From Camelus ferus (lineage: Eukaryota): DNA of 64,000 nucleotides. Below the pieces are notes generated by a model. The model saw only the letters and a list, made by a program, of their open reading frames with translations, made no database searches and was not told where the DNA came from. Positions 12,661-25,929 of the stretch are shown piece by piece. The translations under genes were made by a program, and so were the position numbers. The stretch lies in the NCBI RefSeq assembly GCF_009834535.1, contig NC_045697.1, positions 6,946,001 through 7,010,000 on the forward strand, in the 5' to 3' direction. Position 1 is the first letter of the stretch, and each line of letters opens with the position of its first letter.

Positions 12661-13711
12661 TGCCAACCAGCACCGTGCCTGACACATGCTGCAAGTTTCA
12701 TAAATGTCTACAGAAGAAATGCTCTTGGAGACGTGTATTTTGTTTGGCTCCAGTTCCTCCCACGAAGCGTTACCAGCCCTTCCTTGGCCAGTGCTGTGCA
12801 TTTCTGGCAGCAGCATAAAGATGTGGACTTTCTCATTCTGCTTTTAGTTTCATACATTGTGTATGAAAAAAGTAGTTTACCTTGAACAATTTCCAGGAAA
12901 ACAGCTAAATGAAATCATGATTCATTGCCCTATTATATTATGCCTCTAAAATTGCATTTTATTTATGAAGAAAGGTTTCTTAAGCAATTTGGTCATTAAC
13001 AGTAAGAATGTTGCTTCTTTTTAAAACAGATTTCCACTAGTATGTACTGTAATAGATCTCCAGACGTCTCCAACCGTGCACTTAAACATTGTAATGAAAT
13101 AATCTGTGTGTTTATTCTGTTCAATATTTGCATTGACTTAATCTTATAAATCAAGTTTTTTATTTACCTTTTTTAATTTGCATATTTTATATCTCATTTT
13201 ATTCTTTTCAAGTTTCATTGTTTCCAATACTTTGCAAACAACTTTAATTACAATAATAATAGCATGATAACAATCATAACGATATTAATGAAAGCCAACA
13301 CTAAGTAGAACTTACTATATCCCAAGTACTCTTCCAAGTATTTCCACTTTCTTATGTTTATTTTTTTGTATTTACCTCAACATAAGCTCCATGAGGGCAA
13401 GCTCCGAGGCTGACTTGCTCACTCACTGAGAAATGATTAAATGACCTCATTATGTGCACACTAATTTCAAGTGTCTACCAGCCCTCTGTGGCATACCAGT
13501 AATGAGCTGATTACAATTATAGCATTTTTCCAGCAGAGCAGGTCTAGTAGGACCAGTACTTGCCAAACTTCATAAGCAGTTAGTGGCTAAATGTTCTTGA
13601 AACTACTAACTATCCATAAAATTTAATGTAATATGTCACTTTACAGTTTTCAGATTTACTTCAAATAATTCCCGTGACAGTTCTGAGCCATAAGCAAAAT
13701 TGTTACCTCTA

Positions 13712-14071
13712 TGTATTAGTCAGCTCCAGCTGCCTTAACAAAATGCCACAGACTGAGTGGCTTAAACAAAAGGAACCTATTTTCTCCTAATTTTGGGGGC
13801 CAAAAGTTTGAGGTCAGGGTACCAGCATCAGCGGGTTCTGGTGAGAGCCCTCCTCCTGGTCTGCAGACAGCTGTGTCCTCACACGGTCACGAGGGAGAGA
13901 GCAAGCTCTCTGGTGCTGTTTTTAGAAGGGTATTGATCCCATCATAAAGAACCTCATCTAATCACAATTGCTTCTTAAGGCCCTGTTTCCAAACACCATC
14001 ACGCTGGGTCGTTAGAAGTTAAGGCTTCAACATATGAGTTTTGGAGGGATACCAATATTCGGTCCATAACA
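13712..14071 (-). mobile_element. MLT1A0-type MaLR solo LTR
   Basis: tgtattagtcagctccagctgccttaacaaaatgccacagactgagtggcttaaac...ttcaacatatgagttttggagg...tccataaca; TG..CA ends. Confidence 0.9.
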
Positions 14072-14305
14072 CCCCATCTCCCCACTGAAGACACCCAGGC
14101 TACGAGACAGAAACTGGTTTGTCCGCATGCGGTTGGTCCAGAGCAGGCAGCGGGAGCAAGACTGGAGCCCAGCTAAGTTCTTCCAATCCCAAATTCTACA
14201 GTCTTGCTAGGGACGAAAGCTTTCCACGTCCCTTTCTTTGGAAATTCTTTTGCTCAACATCGATTCCCACTATTTCCTCCTGGTCTTCCTCCAAGGGACT
14301 CAGGT

Positions 14306-14519
14306 GAGTCATCCTCACATGGAGGTGAGTTCCCCGATGGGGGTTACATTTGACAATGTCTGAGACACACTGGCTTGTCACAACTCGGGAGAAGAGCTGC
14401 TGTCGTCCAGCAGGTAGAGGCCAGGGCTTCTGCTCAACATCCAACAAGGCACGGGTCATCTCCCCACAAGAGAGAGTCATCCAGCCCCAAATGTCAGAGT
14501 GCCAAGGTTGAGTGCCCTC
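14306..14519 (+). mobile_element. MER20 (hAT-Charlie non-autonomous element)
   Basis: acatttgacaatgtctgagac...ttgtcacaact...ggtagaggccaggg...ctgctcaacatcc...aaatgtcagagtgccaaggttgag follows the MER20 consensus. Confidence 0.88.
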
Positions 14520-15029
14520 GAACAACATGAACAAAGACTTCGCCCAGAGCGTAGCACATCTTGGTTTTTCGAGCTGGGACTTTTCTTCTCTGACAGGTAG
14601 ATGTTTCAGGATTTCTGATCACTTTCCATGGCCTGGATTCTCAGTCACTGTTCCTTCCTCAGAGACATCCCAGATCGAAGCTCTGATTTCAATTGTGGTG
14701 TCTTACAATTTAACCCAGTGCAGAAAATACCCATTCTTGAAATTCCTGTCTACAATGTCAGGTGTCAGGGCTGTTGCTAAACTCTGGATTCCCCGGATAA
14801 AGACAGTGTGAGAGAGAATATGGAAAGGAGAGGATTTATATTAAAAGAAGGAGGAGGAGGAGGCAGAGGAGGAGGAAAGAAGAGAATGAGAGGGAAAGTG
14901 GAGTTGGGATTCATGAGGTTTAATTTTTGTCCCATCAGATACTATAATCAGTGTCACCATGGGACTATTATTGAATTCCTCCTACATAAAGTGAAAACAA
15001 TTACATATGCCTTATAGGATTGAGTATTC

Positions 15030-15250
15030 ACATAAAATAATACGGATATGAATATTAAAGTGATAATAATGGTGATTATTAACATTAATTACAGTTAATA
15101 ATAATAACATACAAGTATTTATATATAATATTTATACTTTATATAATTTTATATCCATATTTATATCGATGTATAGTTTTAATATATTATCAGTGTATAT
15201 TTGATATCATTATTGTATGATAGTAGAATAAAACTAATAGTTAGTAACAT
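15030..15250. repeat. AT-rich low-complexity tract
   Basis: Almost pure A/T with (TAA)/(TA)-like degeneracy. Confidence 0.7.
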
Positions 15251-17219
15251 TTATTGAGCACTTTTTGCACAAATGTTCAATAATAGCAGATTTTATAAAC
15301 AGTACATTCAGAAAGTGTTGAGAGTACAAAATGGTCAGGAGGTGGAATGTGTGAGGAGTCAAGACAGGAAGGTCAGGGGGAGTTGCTGACGTACACAGAG
15401 GCACAAACACTGTTATTATGTGGCACTGGCTGCCCCGGCAGGGACTGGGGAAGGTGACCTGTTTGGGTAAAGGGAACATAGAGGACAGAAACTTTCAAAA
15501 GGACTTGATTGAATGTCCTAGTGGATCAAACAGCTCCTGCCCCAAAGGTCCACAGCTGTGAGAAAGTGCAATGCTGTGTACTGTGTAAATGCTCCATCAG
15601 TCATCCTGTGTGGAGCATTTACGTGACCAGCTCTGCACAGAACATCCAAGGTTATCCCCTACAGCTTGCCTGCAGTGCCACCACTTCTCTGTCATCTTCA
15701 GAGAGCGCGCTCCAAGTTGGGCTCCTGGGTCTCTGGTTAATTAAGCATCTAAGGGACGGCACTCCTAATAGGTAGCACATTTCCTTTCATCCACGAGACC
15801 ATTGTTCCCTCCCCACCAGGTACCGCTGACCTAGAAATAGGCTGTATTGTACCAACGCTGGGCCTATTTATGAAGCAACCTATTTTCTGCTGCAGGTCAG
15901 CCAACAATGGATGAGCCGGCACAGAAACAGGGGTGATGCCTGTGTCGAGAAGGGAGTTAAGTCACCAGTGAAGCCTTAATGACAAAAAGGAGAGGCAGCT
16001 GTGTGAAACTGATGGAATTCAAGGGCAGAGGCACCCACACACTGAGCAGCGGATGGGCTGTAATACTGCTGTCCTGTTTTCCTGAATCCCTGCGAGTCTC
16101 TCTGTCTTGACTCTCCTCTCAGAGGACAGCTTGCAATCTGCTGCCCAGGTCATAGTTAGTGCCCAGTATTGGTGACTCTTACAGAGCTGTAACATTGGTG
16201 GTGTTGCAAGGTAAGGTGTGAAGACTTGGAATTTTCCTGGAATGGCCTCACTATTCCCCAACCCTCTTCTGGTCCTGGTCTGGTGGCTCTCGACTCTAGG
16301 CTCTACCTTTCCATGATGCCCCCACTTCTAAGTTCTTGGGTGGGCGTTGGATATCATGCCCCCAGCCGTGTTCCCTCTTACCATCTCTAGATTATCTTCA
16401 CCCCCATTGCTCACATACTATTTACCACCTTGGTTCTTCCCACATTAGACTATCCTTGAGGACAATTCCTCGCTGAGCAGGAATTAAGACAGGTAATCAA
16501 TAGGTAATCAATATGGGGACAGATTGTGACATTAATAATCACAAAGAGAATTTGAGCATTTTTCATAGTGCATAGAAGCCAATCATATTTTCTCCTGTGT
16601 CAACAGATACCTTAAAAGTTGCTTCTAATCTTTCAGTTGATGCAAAATCCTACTATAGGTACAAACTCTCTGAGCAGCTGCCTGGCCCAAGTCTGAACAA
16701 ATTTATGGGCAGGAAAAGATGTGGAAGAAGAAACGCTTGTTAATCAAGTACTTTGCACTGGGTAGACTTCTCAGACTGTGTGATCTTAGGCTGTCTTGGG
16801 TCAGGGAAGGGAAGGCAGATGGTAAAGGAGTGTTATGAAGCCAGTAACCTTTGTGGGAAACTAGAAACTGGGTCTGTTGCAGGAATTCTGGAGCTCATGT
16901 GGAACAGTCACCTCAGAATTATCCGAACAGTGGTGGAGGAGGTGTAGTATTTTTGCACAGACTTCTTTGTTCAGGGGTTAAAGATAGCTGCTTGGTGGGC
17001 ATTCATTTCCTGGTCCATCCTTCTGCCCGCTAGGCAGCAAAATAAGCTCCCAGGGTGAGGGAAGGCACTGGGGAGGGAAATGCAGGTTCTGGCCCTGGAC
17101 GCGGGGCTGCTGTGCACTGAGATGTTTAAGGCAAGGGGACACAGGCTGGCCACTGCAGCGTCAGCCACAAATCCCTCAACATACATTACTGGGAAGAAAG
17201 AATCAGCTTTTCTTGAATC

Positions 17220-17420
17220 CCTGGTATAAAACAGACCTTGTGTCTGGTGCTTTGTGTCCTGTCTCATGTAACTTAATCTTCACAATAATTCTTGGAAGGT
17301 GTTATCAGAGGTCCCAGTTTCATTTTCAGAGACTCAGAGCCCTTAATGTTTCTTGCCACAATCACACAGTGAGGTCAGGGCCAGCTGAGGGGTTTATTTG
17401 GAGGGACCCAAAGCCCCTGT
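17220..17420 (-). mobile_element. MIR SINE
   Basis: cttaatcttcacaataattcttggaaggtgttatc...tcttgccacaatcacacagtgaggtcagggccagctg. Confidence 0.6.
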
Positions 17421-17599
17421 CTCTTTCATTATCCCCTGTATGTCTGCAAGAGTTCAAGCACATCTCTTTCCCACCCTTACAGAAATTGTTTCTGAACTCA
17501 CAGATTGAAAAGTGACTAAGGAAAGAGAGAGAAGGAGGAGAGGTGGACAGCCAAGTCTGCAGCAGGGAGGAGGCTTTGAAATGTGGCACTTCTCAGACT

Positions 17600-17725
17600 G
17601 GCTCCTCTCTCTATTAATGGTCTAGAAAGGGGGGGAGATGGCCCTTTAAGGAAATCTGTAGATGACACAAAATTGGAAGATGCTATAGACACTTGTTAGG
17701 ATGGAGAGAACTGCCTGTGTAGACA
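17600..17725 (+). mobile_element. L3/CR1 LINE reverse-transcriptase fossil
   Basis: Frame from 17610 reads SINGLERGGDGPLRKSVDDTKLEDAIDT, matching CR1 RT FINDL...KFADDTKLGG. Confidence 0.65.
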
Positions 17726-17811
17726 ACCTAGTGGTGGAGGGAGAGACAGAAACAGTGTACTCCTACGCGGCTCCAGCAGAACTCAATAAAGAATTGATAA
17801 AAAGAAGCGTT

Positions 17812-17851
17812 TTTGTTTGTTTGTTTGTTTGTTTGTTTGTTTGTTTGTTTG
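17812..17851. repeat. (TTTG)10 microsatellite
   Basis: Direct reading. Confidence 0.95.
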
Positions 17852-18564
17852 GAAGGGGAGCTTGAACAGGACAAGGAACTGCCATATGGCTGTTTTTTCA
17901 GCCCTAGAGCAAATTAAACAGAGACCCCACAGACGGGGAGGCTGAAAGAGTGAGACAGAAATTCACTTGACAGGAGCTTCAGAGCTGCACAGGGTCCAAA
18001 AATGCCAGAGCTATTTCCAGCGGTGGGATAATTGTAGTGACATTTGATAGCGAGGGAGGAAGAGAGAGATCTTTCCCCCAAGGAGACTGGAGATCCCATG
18101 ACCTGATGCAGGGATCTTTCTCATTCCTCAGACTCAAAGGGAGTATGAGGTCAAGCAAAAATCAAAGATCCTAGGAAGAAACTGAGTGACTGACTGATCA
18201 CATCAAATGCGTGAGAGACAATGCAGAGATCACTAATTCCCTGCATTTCTCATTCTCAACTTTCACATATATCCTGGGAATCCTTGTAAAAATTGCAACG
18301 TGAGAACTTTGCTCTCTCTCTCTTTCACCCCAGGTGGATGGGGACTGGGAGAAGGGAGAGAGTGAAACTCACAGAATTCATGCAACGTGCCCAAAGCCAC
18401 ACAATGCAGTGCAACGGACTTCTCCTGCTTCTGCCAAGATCTACTGCCTTTTTGAGCCCTACTTCTTGTCTTCATAAAGTGAGGGAGTTGGGACAATTCA
18501 CTATTTTCCTTTTCCCCTGATTTTTGGATCTTAAACACATTATCAAAAATAATTGCACAGAACT

Positions 18565-19175
18565 TCTTTTTCCCCTAGCTTTATTGAAATCTACTTAACA
18601 AATGAAAATCGTATAAATTTAAGATGTACAACTAAATGCTTTGATATCCAAATACACTATGAAATGATTCCCACGATCAAGCTAACTAACATGTCTATCA
18701 CCTCTTGTAGTTCCCTTCGTTGGTGAAAACACTTAACATTTATTCCCTCAGCAAATTTTAAATATACCATATAATATTATTAACATTGTACATGATTCTG
18801 TCTCCAGAACATATTTATCCTGCATAAGTGAAACTTTGTACCTTTTGACCAGTATCTTCCAATCCCCCACCCCCAAGCCCCTCGCAATCACTATTCTATT
18901 CTCTGCTTTTATGGGTTGGACTTCTTTAGGTTCTACATTTAAGTGGGATCATACAGTATTTGTCTTCCTTTGTCTGGCTTATGTCACTAGTATAAAAGGA
19001 ACTTAACACAATAGCCCAGAGAACCCAAATAACCTGATTAAAAATGTACAAAGTACCTAATAGCTATTTCTCTAGAGAAGACATACAAATAGTCAACAGG
19101 TTCATGAAAAAGGTGCTCACCGTTGCTCATCATCAGAAATGTGCAAATCGGAACCACAGTGAGACAGCACCTCAC
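18565..19175 (-). mobile_element. L1MA-type copy with 5' inversion (minus-strand 3' end 18565-18995; plus-strand ORF2 piece ~18990-19175)
   Basis: T-rich start and L1MA 3' UTR in reverse; at tataa the strand switches to ORF2 sequence (ORF 19044: YFSREDIQIVNRFMKK...). Confidence 0.82.
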
Positions 19176-20808
19176 TCAAAACTCATTACACTTACCAGAC
19201 AAAACCTAGGATATTCTAAGCAAAATGAAAATGGGAGCCTAGGAATCCCATCTGATCTATTAAATTCTCACCCCTGAAGTTGGACCTTTCATGGAAGTCT
19301 TTATTCTCCAGGAAAAAGTTGGAAACACTATCTTCTAGTTGATCTCAAAATGTCCCACCAGTTCTAAAATATTATAGCTTAGCCTTCCCTACCATCAAAT
19401 ACTCCACAAATAATATTCTTTAGTTTGAACAACAGAAAATCATTGTGGAAAACAATTCATTTGAGGAGCTGGGTCCCAATGCTCACTTCTGGTTCAAAAT
19501 CATCAGTCTCTGGGGAAACTGGGCTTTTCATTCATGCTCATAATCACCCAGTAGTGAAAATTTCCCTTATCAATCATTGCAGTGATAACATCTGAATGAA
19601 TTTTAAGCACTGGAGAAATAAAAATTAGTTGGCAGATGAAAGGGATGGCGTCACTAGATCAAGCCTGGTTCTCTTTCAATGGAATTGGAGAATCTGAGAA
19701 ATTGCTGTAAAGAACTTGGAATCCTCTGAAAATTCTGCATAGATATGGATGAAAGAAGAAATGAAAGGAAGGAAGGAAGGAAAGAAGATTCTTCAAGCAA
19801 ATTTGGATTGTATTTTATTTGAATAACCATCTTGTTTTGAAATGCAGTCAAGAAATCAGAGCAGACTGGCTTGTGACAATTTAGCATCTATCCCCAAGGA
19901 GTAGCTGGTGAAAACAGACCAGGCTTCTGACAAAAGGCTGAGCCAAGTCCACGTGGTACAAGTCACAGACTGGGGATGAGACCCAAGGATCCCCTTGTCT
20001 CCTATTTCTGGCATATTTTCACTAGAAAGTGAGTTGTTTGATGTTTTTTCTAGCGGTGACATGAGAGTTAGCTTCCCTGCAAGATTTACATTACATTTAA
20101 CTCCCAATTCATTCATTCACCCATTGCCATGCATCCAGTGGCAAAATCTCATTCAGCCTTCAGATGTGGTTAAAATGTTACTGGTTTTCTGGGAGTTCTT
20201 CTCTAGACAGCCTCCAAATATGCAATGAAAATGTGGGCTTCATAATAAAGGAAATTGGATTTTTATTAAATTAACATTCATAATCTCAAATATTGGTCAT
20301 TTTATTCTTGTAATTTTTCAAAAGTAGATTTTTTTACATTTAATTGCTGAACACTCTACACACAGTTTTATATTTCATTTAATTCTATATTTTAATTATA
20401 AATTAGTTTGAACTTTAATTGAATTTTTAAGTTGATTTAAAAACTGTATTTTTGCAAGAACTTTATCTGAGATAGTTCTTTATTGAATACGATGTATATA
20501 CTATACAAGACAATGAAAAGACTACTTTCTTAGCAGAAACAACGAAAAAATTACAATGATCTTTACAAATAATCTAAAAAATTAAGGAGAGTCTCCAAAG
20601 TGAACTTTATGATGAGTACACATAAATGAGGTCAGGGAACAATGTGTCTTGAACAGGCCTTTCCTTTGTGGCTATGTTTGTCTTCAATGTTCATGGGCCT
20701 TATCCAGTGGATATTCGAATAGTAGAGGACACCTGGATGTCTAAAATTTGTCACCTGAGAAGCCTCAGGAAGGAAGGACTCATTATGCAAAGTGTTCCCC
20801 AGTGACTC

Positions 20809-20892
20809 CAAGTGATGCCTAAAATTCCATCATTAGAAAGTCTTTGAACATTGAAAGTTCAAGTGATGTCTAAAATTCCACCATTAGAAAGT
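20809..20892. repeat. Local tandem duplication (33-bp unit x2, period 51)
   Basis: caagtgatgcctaaaattccatcattagaaagt (20809-20841) vs caagtgatgtctaaaattccaccattagaaagt (20860-20892), 2 mismatches. Confidence 0.9.
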
Positions 20893-20899
20893 TTTCAAC

Positions 20900-21487
20900 T
20901 TCTGTCCTGACGTGCTCAGTATACCACACACCCTAGTAGACTGAGATTCCACTAGACATCAGTAACCTAATTTACTGTCTGTCATGAGTAATTTACTCTG
21001 TCTGCTACAAGCTCAAACTCAGCCAGAAACACATTCATAGGCAGAAAGAAATAAACATGCTGTGGGATTATCATGTGTGATCCTCTTATGACTTGCACTC
21101 TCAGACACAGTGGGACCTGAACTTATGTGGAGATGTGATACAATAAAAGGGACTTGGGTTGTCAGTCAAGAACAGTGAAGAAGATATTGTGGGATGTGAA
21201 CAAACTCTGGACAGCTCTCTTCATAACCACACTTCTGAAATCCAGCCAACCAGCTACAGTCGTGCTCTAATACTCAAACCCTACAGCCAAAATATCAGCC
21301 AGTCCCTGACACTTTCACTTCTTAGAGTGTTCTAATCCTTAACCCTGTGTTTCCTAAAACCACGTATAAGGTCCCAGCTCTGCTTTGTTCAGAGAGACTG
21401 CGTTTTTCAAGGACAGCTCTCCTTGCTTAGCAAGTGAGACCATCACCTCTATTTCTGAATGAAAGGTTGGTGGCGCCCTCCTTTGTA
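20900..21487 (+). mobile_element. Old ERV1-type LTR remnant (MER110-like)
   Basis: TATA-like tataagg followed by ctctgctttgttcagagagac...ccttgcttagcaag...ggtggcgccctcctttgta resembles a MER110-family R/U5; 5' boundary uncertain. Confidence 0.45.
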
Positions 21488-21499
21488 TTCATGATAAAT

Positions 21500-21960
21500 A
21501 CACTGGAACAAATGAAACAGAGACAATATTAAAAAAATATATATATATATATAGAAGAAAAATTCCCTGAGCCAAAGAGCAATGAATCTGCAGATTAGAA
21601 AATGGATGTATTACCAGGAAATAAATATTGAAATATTCATATCAGGTAAAAGTTTTGAACTCAAAAGAAAACATCCAGAAAAGGTGGTAAAATAAATAAA
21701 TCTCATCAAAACAAACAAACAAAAGAGAGAAATCCAACCAGTTGTCTACTTCTTTAAAAAAGAGATGCCAAAAATATTGGAGCAATGCTTGAGTTCAAGG
21801 ATTAATGAATGTTACCTAAGACTTTGTTTGTTAGATGAATTTTCACTTCTATGTGTGAAATTTTGGGAAGAATATTTCAGATAGTCCATGGCTTAGAAAT
21901 TATACCACCCTTCCAAAGGAATAGTACCTACGGAAAGAATACCTAATAACGTCAGAAAAG
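21500..21960 (+). mobile_element. L1/HAL1 ORF1-like remnant
   Basis: atagaagaaaaattccctgagccaaag...gaatctgcagatt...agatgccaaaaatattggagcaatgc: ORF1-like (IEENFPE...LQI...DAR.QWSNA) motifs, degraded. Confidence 0.55.
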
Positions 21961-23809
21961 AGAAAAGATCTTGAAAATGCACACAGAACTATCTTAGAGT
22001 GTAGGATAAATACAAAAATTGTTTAATCACAGCTGCTGCATCTGCTGCATTTACAACCCCCAGGGCAACCAGTCACCAAAGATAAGGTGTGTGGCTGAAT
22101 GGTACCTCAAGAAGTTTGGCAATGTGGCCCTGCTACGTATCATGATGCCTACATAATTGTTACAGAGACAGTCACAGAACAATACAAGCATCACTACTTC
22201 TAGAAAGGTGAAATACGTGCTATAATATAGTAGTGATAACTTGAACAAGATTTCACCAATAAATAAAATAGAAGGAAGGAGAGCTGGTAGGAAAACTATG
22301 GAAATTGACTTTGCAGCTAAGGAGTCAATGAAGTTTCTTTGGGGAAGTGGTCCCTTTTTTAAACTATTTTTTAATCAAAAAGATATGACTATTTGCAACC
22401 ATTAGAAATTAGAGGGAACTAGGAATAAGAAATCTGAAAAACAGTAAGTTCACCAGCCAACGGTGATCAACATTACAATTGTGTCTTAAAATCATTGAAG
22501 TCCTTCCAGTTGCACCATGGGTGAGATCTAAGTGTCTGAATAGACACTTCAAGATCCATTGTGATCTGGCATCAATCAGCTCAACAGCTGCCTTTGTGCT
22601 TCTGTAACCTGAGTTCTCCTGTTGCATGTCACTTCTCTCTTCTGCACTTTCCTTGTGTTCTCCCTGGTGTCTCTGCTATTCATTCCTCCCTCCTTCCTCC
22701 ATTCCTCACCTTACCTCAGCGAGCCTTTCGGATTCTGCTCTGCTCAGAGACTCCCTCGGCAACCTCGGACAGGGTTGGTTGCCTCTCTTGTTGCATGTGT
22801 GTCTGTTCGGCACTGAGCAAATTGGGTGATAATTATCTCTTGATGATGGATGAGATTCTTGAGGAAAAAAAAAAACAAACCTATTTTGATCTTCTTGGCG
22901 ACCCCAGTGCTTATGGCAAACATTTTGCTGTACAAGTAAACAAACTTTCGGGAGAAGCTCTGTGCCTCTGGCCAGCCAGCCGGCCTGCTGTAGCTATTAT
23001 TATTACTATCATTTTTGTAACATGCTTCATCTGAAGCCTAGTGAAAAAATTGTGTGTCTTTTGCCTGTTTTCAAATGTTGGTATGGCCCTCATTTTGGTC
23101 ACAGTGCATTTATATTGTACTAGAAATTGTCAAAAAGAAAAAAAATCTAAGTCAAATTGCTGATTATGAATCCTTTTGCCCTCGATTTAAGTGGAAGGTA
23201 AAATTCTGTTCCAAAAGAAAAGTATGACTGTAGCCACTTTAGTTCCTATATATTCCTGTGTCCTCCTGTCTGTTATGAAATCCTTGCCCTCTGTGTTTTC
23301 AAGTCCTTCATCTGTTAATTCCTGCAGCTGTTTATGAATCCAAAACAAATAAATAGGTGAAGTGTTTATTGATATGATGGTATTTGAGTTAATTAATCAC
23401 ATTCCAAAGAATTTCAGTGAATCTTATATCTGTTATCAAAGTTTGCTAAGAAAGAAATCATAAACCAGCCCTGGAGAGTGGTCAGTAGGCAGAGTCTGAG
23501 TGCTTACAAAACTTTTGATTCATTAAGGCTATAAAAAATCAAACAAACTCCAAGAAATTTGATTTATATACATAAAAAAAACACATAAGGTAAAAAGTGC
23601 AATTAAAAACCATCAGGAAGGACATGGCAGAGGAATGATTGCTCTTAAACTGTGATATTAGCTCCAGGAAGGGTCAGGAGGTTTGGATGCCAATGACGCA
23701 GAAGACCTTGTATTATCTGTGGTTTTGGAGAAAAAGAGTGGAGTGGGAATTTCAGAGAAATAGTCCAGGCATATTGCATAGTTGGTGATGTGATGGGAGG
23801 AGGGAGGTG

Positions 23810-24045
23810 ACATATGTATGGAGTGCCCACTGGGTGGACATTCTCATGACAAGTGCTGCATGGGAATTTTCTCATTTAATATGCACATCACCTTTTAAGG
23901 GAGACCATACATTCTCTCCATTTCACATATGAGGAAACTGAGGCTCAGAATGAAATTTACTCTCTGAGTAATGGCCAATGAGTAGCAGAGCTGACTGAAG
24001 ACTAGCCCCATCTAATGCCAAGGCATGTGCTCTTAATCTCTGTGT
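23810..24045 (-). mobile_element. MIR SINE, near full length
   Basis: ccatttcacatatgaggaaactgaggctcaga core; ...tgccaaggcatgtgctcttaa. Confidence 0.85.
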
Positions 24046-25034
24046 ATATGAACTTGGATGAGTTCTTAAAGTGTGGCAGAGAGAAAAGTGTTATGTAAAA
24101 GAAAAATAATGTGAAGGGAAAAAGACTGGAAATTTTCCCATAAAAATCTATATTAAACTGGACATATTAACAATCTGTCATTTTGTTTAAAAAAATTACA
24201 AAGAGAAACAGATCTCCTCTGTACTGATCCATGAATTATCAGGAAAGGAAAGATCTAGTTATTTTTTTTTCAGCAATAAATCTATGCCAAGAAAATGTAT
24301 GTATGCTCATATTATAGATCAACCTCTCCTACATGTTAATTGACTTTCTCTCTTGTGGGCCCCAAGAACACACAGATTATTTTATTTAATATGGAAATGT
24401 GTGTGATTATCTCCAAAGTGTCCCCAGGTGCCCAGTAAGGGCAGTTACAGACACACGGTGTGAGTGGAGTGTGGCAGCGAGAAATGGTGCCTGTCTGTCT
24501 CCCAGATTAACAACGCTGGAAGGAATCATTCTCCCAGGCTGCCTCATTTTGCTTTGCTTTTATTTCTCCTTCATTATTAGAATGATAATAATAACATGAA
24601 GAGTTCTGAAATTTGGCCCTGGAGACACTGAGATGGCCTGAAATTACATGCAATATTTTGTGCGTTTTACCTCAATGGATCAGGCCTTCTCTGTCTCAGC
24701 AGGGAAACTCACCAAGAGAAATGCAAATCTCAATTGGAAAAGTTTGAAAAGCAAAGCATATTTTTAATGAAGTCCCATGAAGGCAGGCGTAAAAAGGGAT
24801 TATAACAACAACGTAGCAAAACTTCTACAAAGATTTGCAAGGCTTCTACAACTTTCTAATTCCTCCTCCCTGTTTCTCCCAAACCCTCAAGCCTGAGTCT
24901 CTGAATCTCACCCACCCTCTTCCTCCTGGCCCAACACACACACACTCCTCTTCTTCAAAACTCCTCTGCCACTTGGAAGTTTACCTGAAGGTTAAGGACC
25001 ATATAAAGAAAATAGAAAAATTCTGAAATCTGAC

Positions 25035-25215
25035 CATTTGCATTTAAGTCCCAGCTACACAGTTCCTATCTCTGTGCCTTGATGCTGGCATCTGTGAAAT
25101 GGAAATAACAAAAGTACCTATTTTTATTGGTTGTGAGTATTAAATGACTTAATGCAGGTGAAGCACATAGAACAGTGCCTGGTAGGTCGTAAACGTAATT
25201 ACTGTGAGCTACCAT
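25035..25215 (+). mobile_element. MIR SINE
   Basis: tctctgtgcctt...catctgtgaaatggaaataac...ggttgtgagtattaaatga...aagcacatagaacagtgcctgg. Confidence 0.8.
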
Positions 25216-25305
25216 GGTGCTACCTAAAAAAGAACCATTATGAGCAGAATGCATAGTTGGAAGGTCGAGGAGTCAGGACTTTCCTTATGGGAAGTTTTCA
25301 GGCAC

Positions 25306-25717
25306 TGTTAATTGGTTGCAGTGAGTCCCCTAAAATTCATAAATTGAAGCCGTGGCCCTTAGAACTTCAGAATGTGACTATATTTGGACATTGGGCCCTT
25401 AAGGAGGCAGTTAAGTTAAAATGGGCTTGTTAGGGTGGCCTGAATCCAACATGACTTGAGTCCTTATGAGAAGAGGATATTAAGACACAGACAGCAAAGG
25501 ACACCAGAAGCGTACCTGAACAGAGAACCAACCATATGAGGACACAGGGAGAACGCGACCATCTTCAAGTCAAGGAGATAGACCTCAGGAGAAATCAAAA
25601 CTGCTAACTGTGTGATCTCGGACTTCTAGCCTCCTGAACTGAGAGAAAACGCTTTTCTGTCGTTAAGTCCATTTACTCTGTGGTACCTTGTTGCAATGGT
25701 CCCAGCAAACTAGGACA
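25306..25717 (+). mobile_element. MLT1B-type MaLR solo LTR
   Basis: tgttaattggttg...cagaatgtgactatatttgga...gtccttatgagaagagga...ggacttctagcctcc...aaactaggaca; TSD ggcac/agcac (4/5). Confidence 0.9.
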
Positions 25718-25929
25718 AGCACCCCTAGATCTATAGAGCAGGTTTTTTCTTCTCAGTTCTCATCTTGGGAAAAACAGTACTCACAGAGTAAAGTGAACAA
25801 AGGAGAAATGCAATGCTTCCTGGATGTGATGCCAGAGAGAGACATGTTATCACTTTTTGAGGCCTCTTTTCCTTCATCCCCTTTTAAATTAATGATGTCG
25901 TTAATTTTCTCCTTTTCTTCTTTTTTCAG

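Noticed and set aside
16490..16512. 11-bp tandem duplications (also aattcatcagg x2 at ~40342)
   Set aside because: Common slippage products with no further structure.
22561..23034. 157-aa ORF (+)
   Set aside because: Non-ATG start, low-complexity composition, crosses an A-run, and no recognisable homology or splice context.
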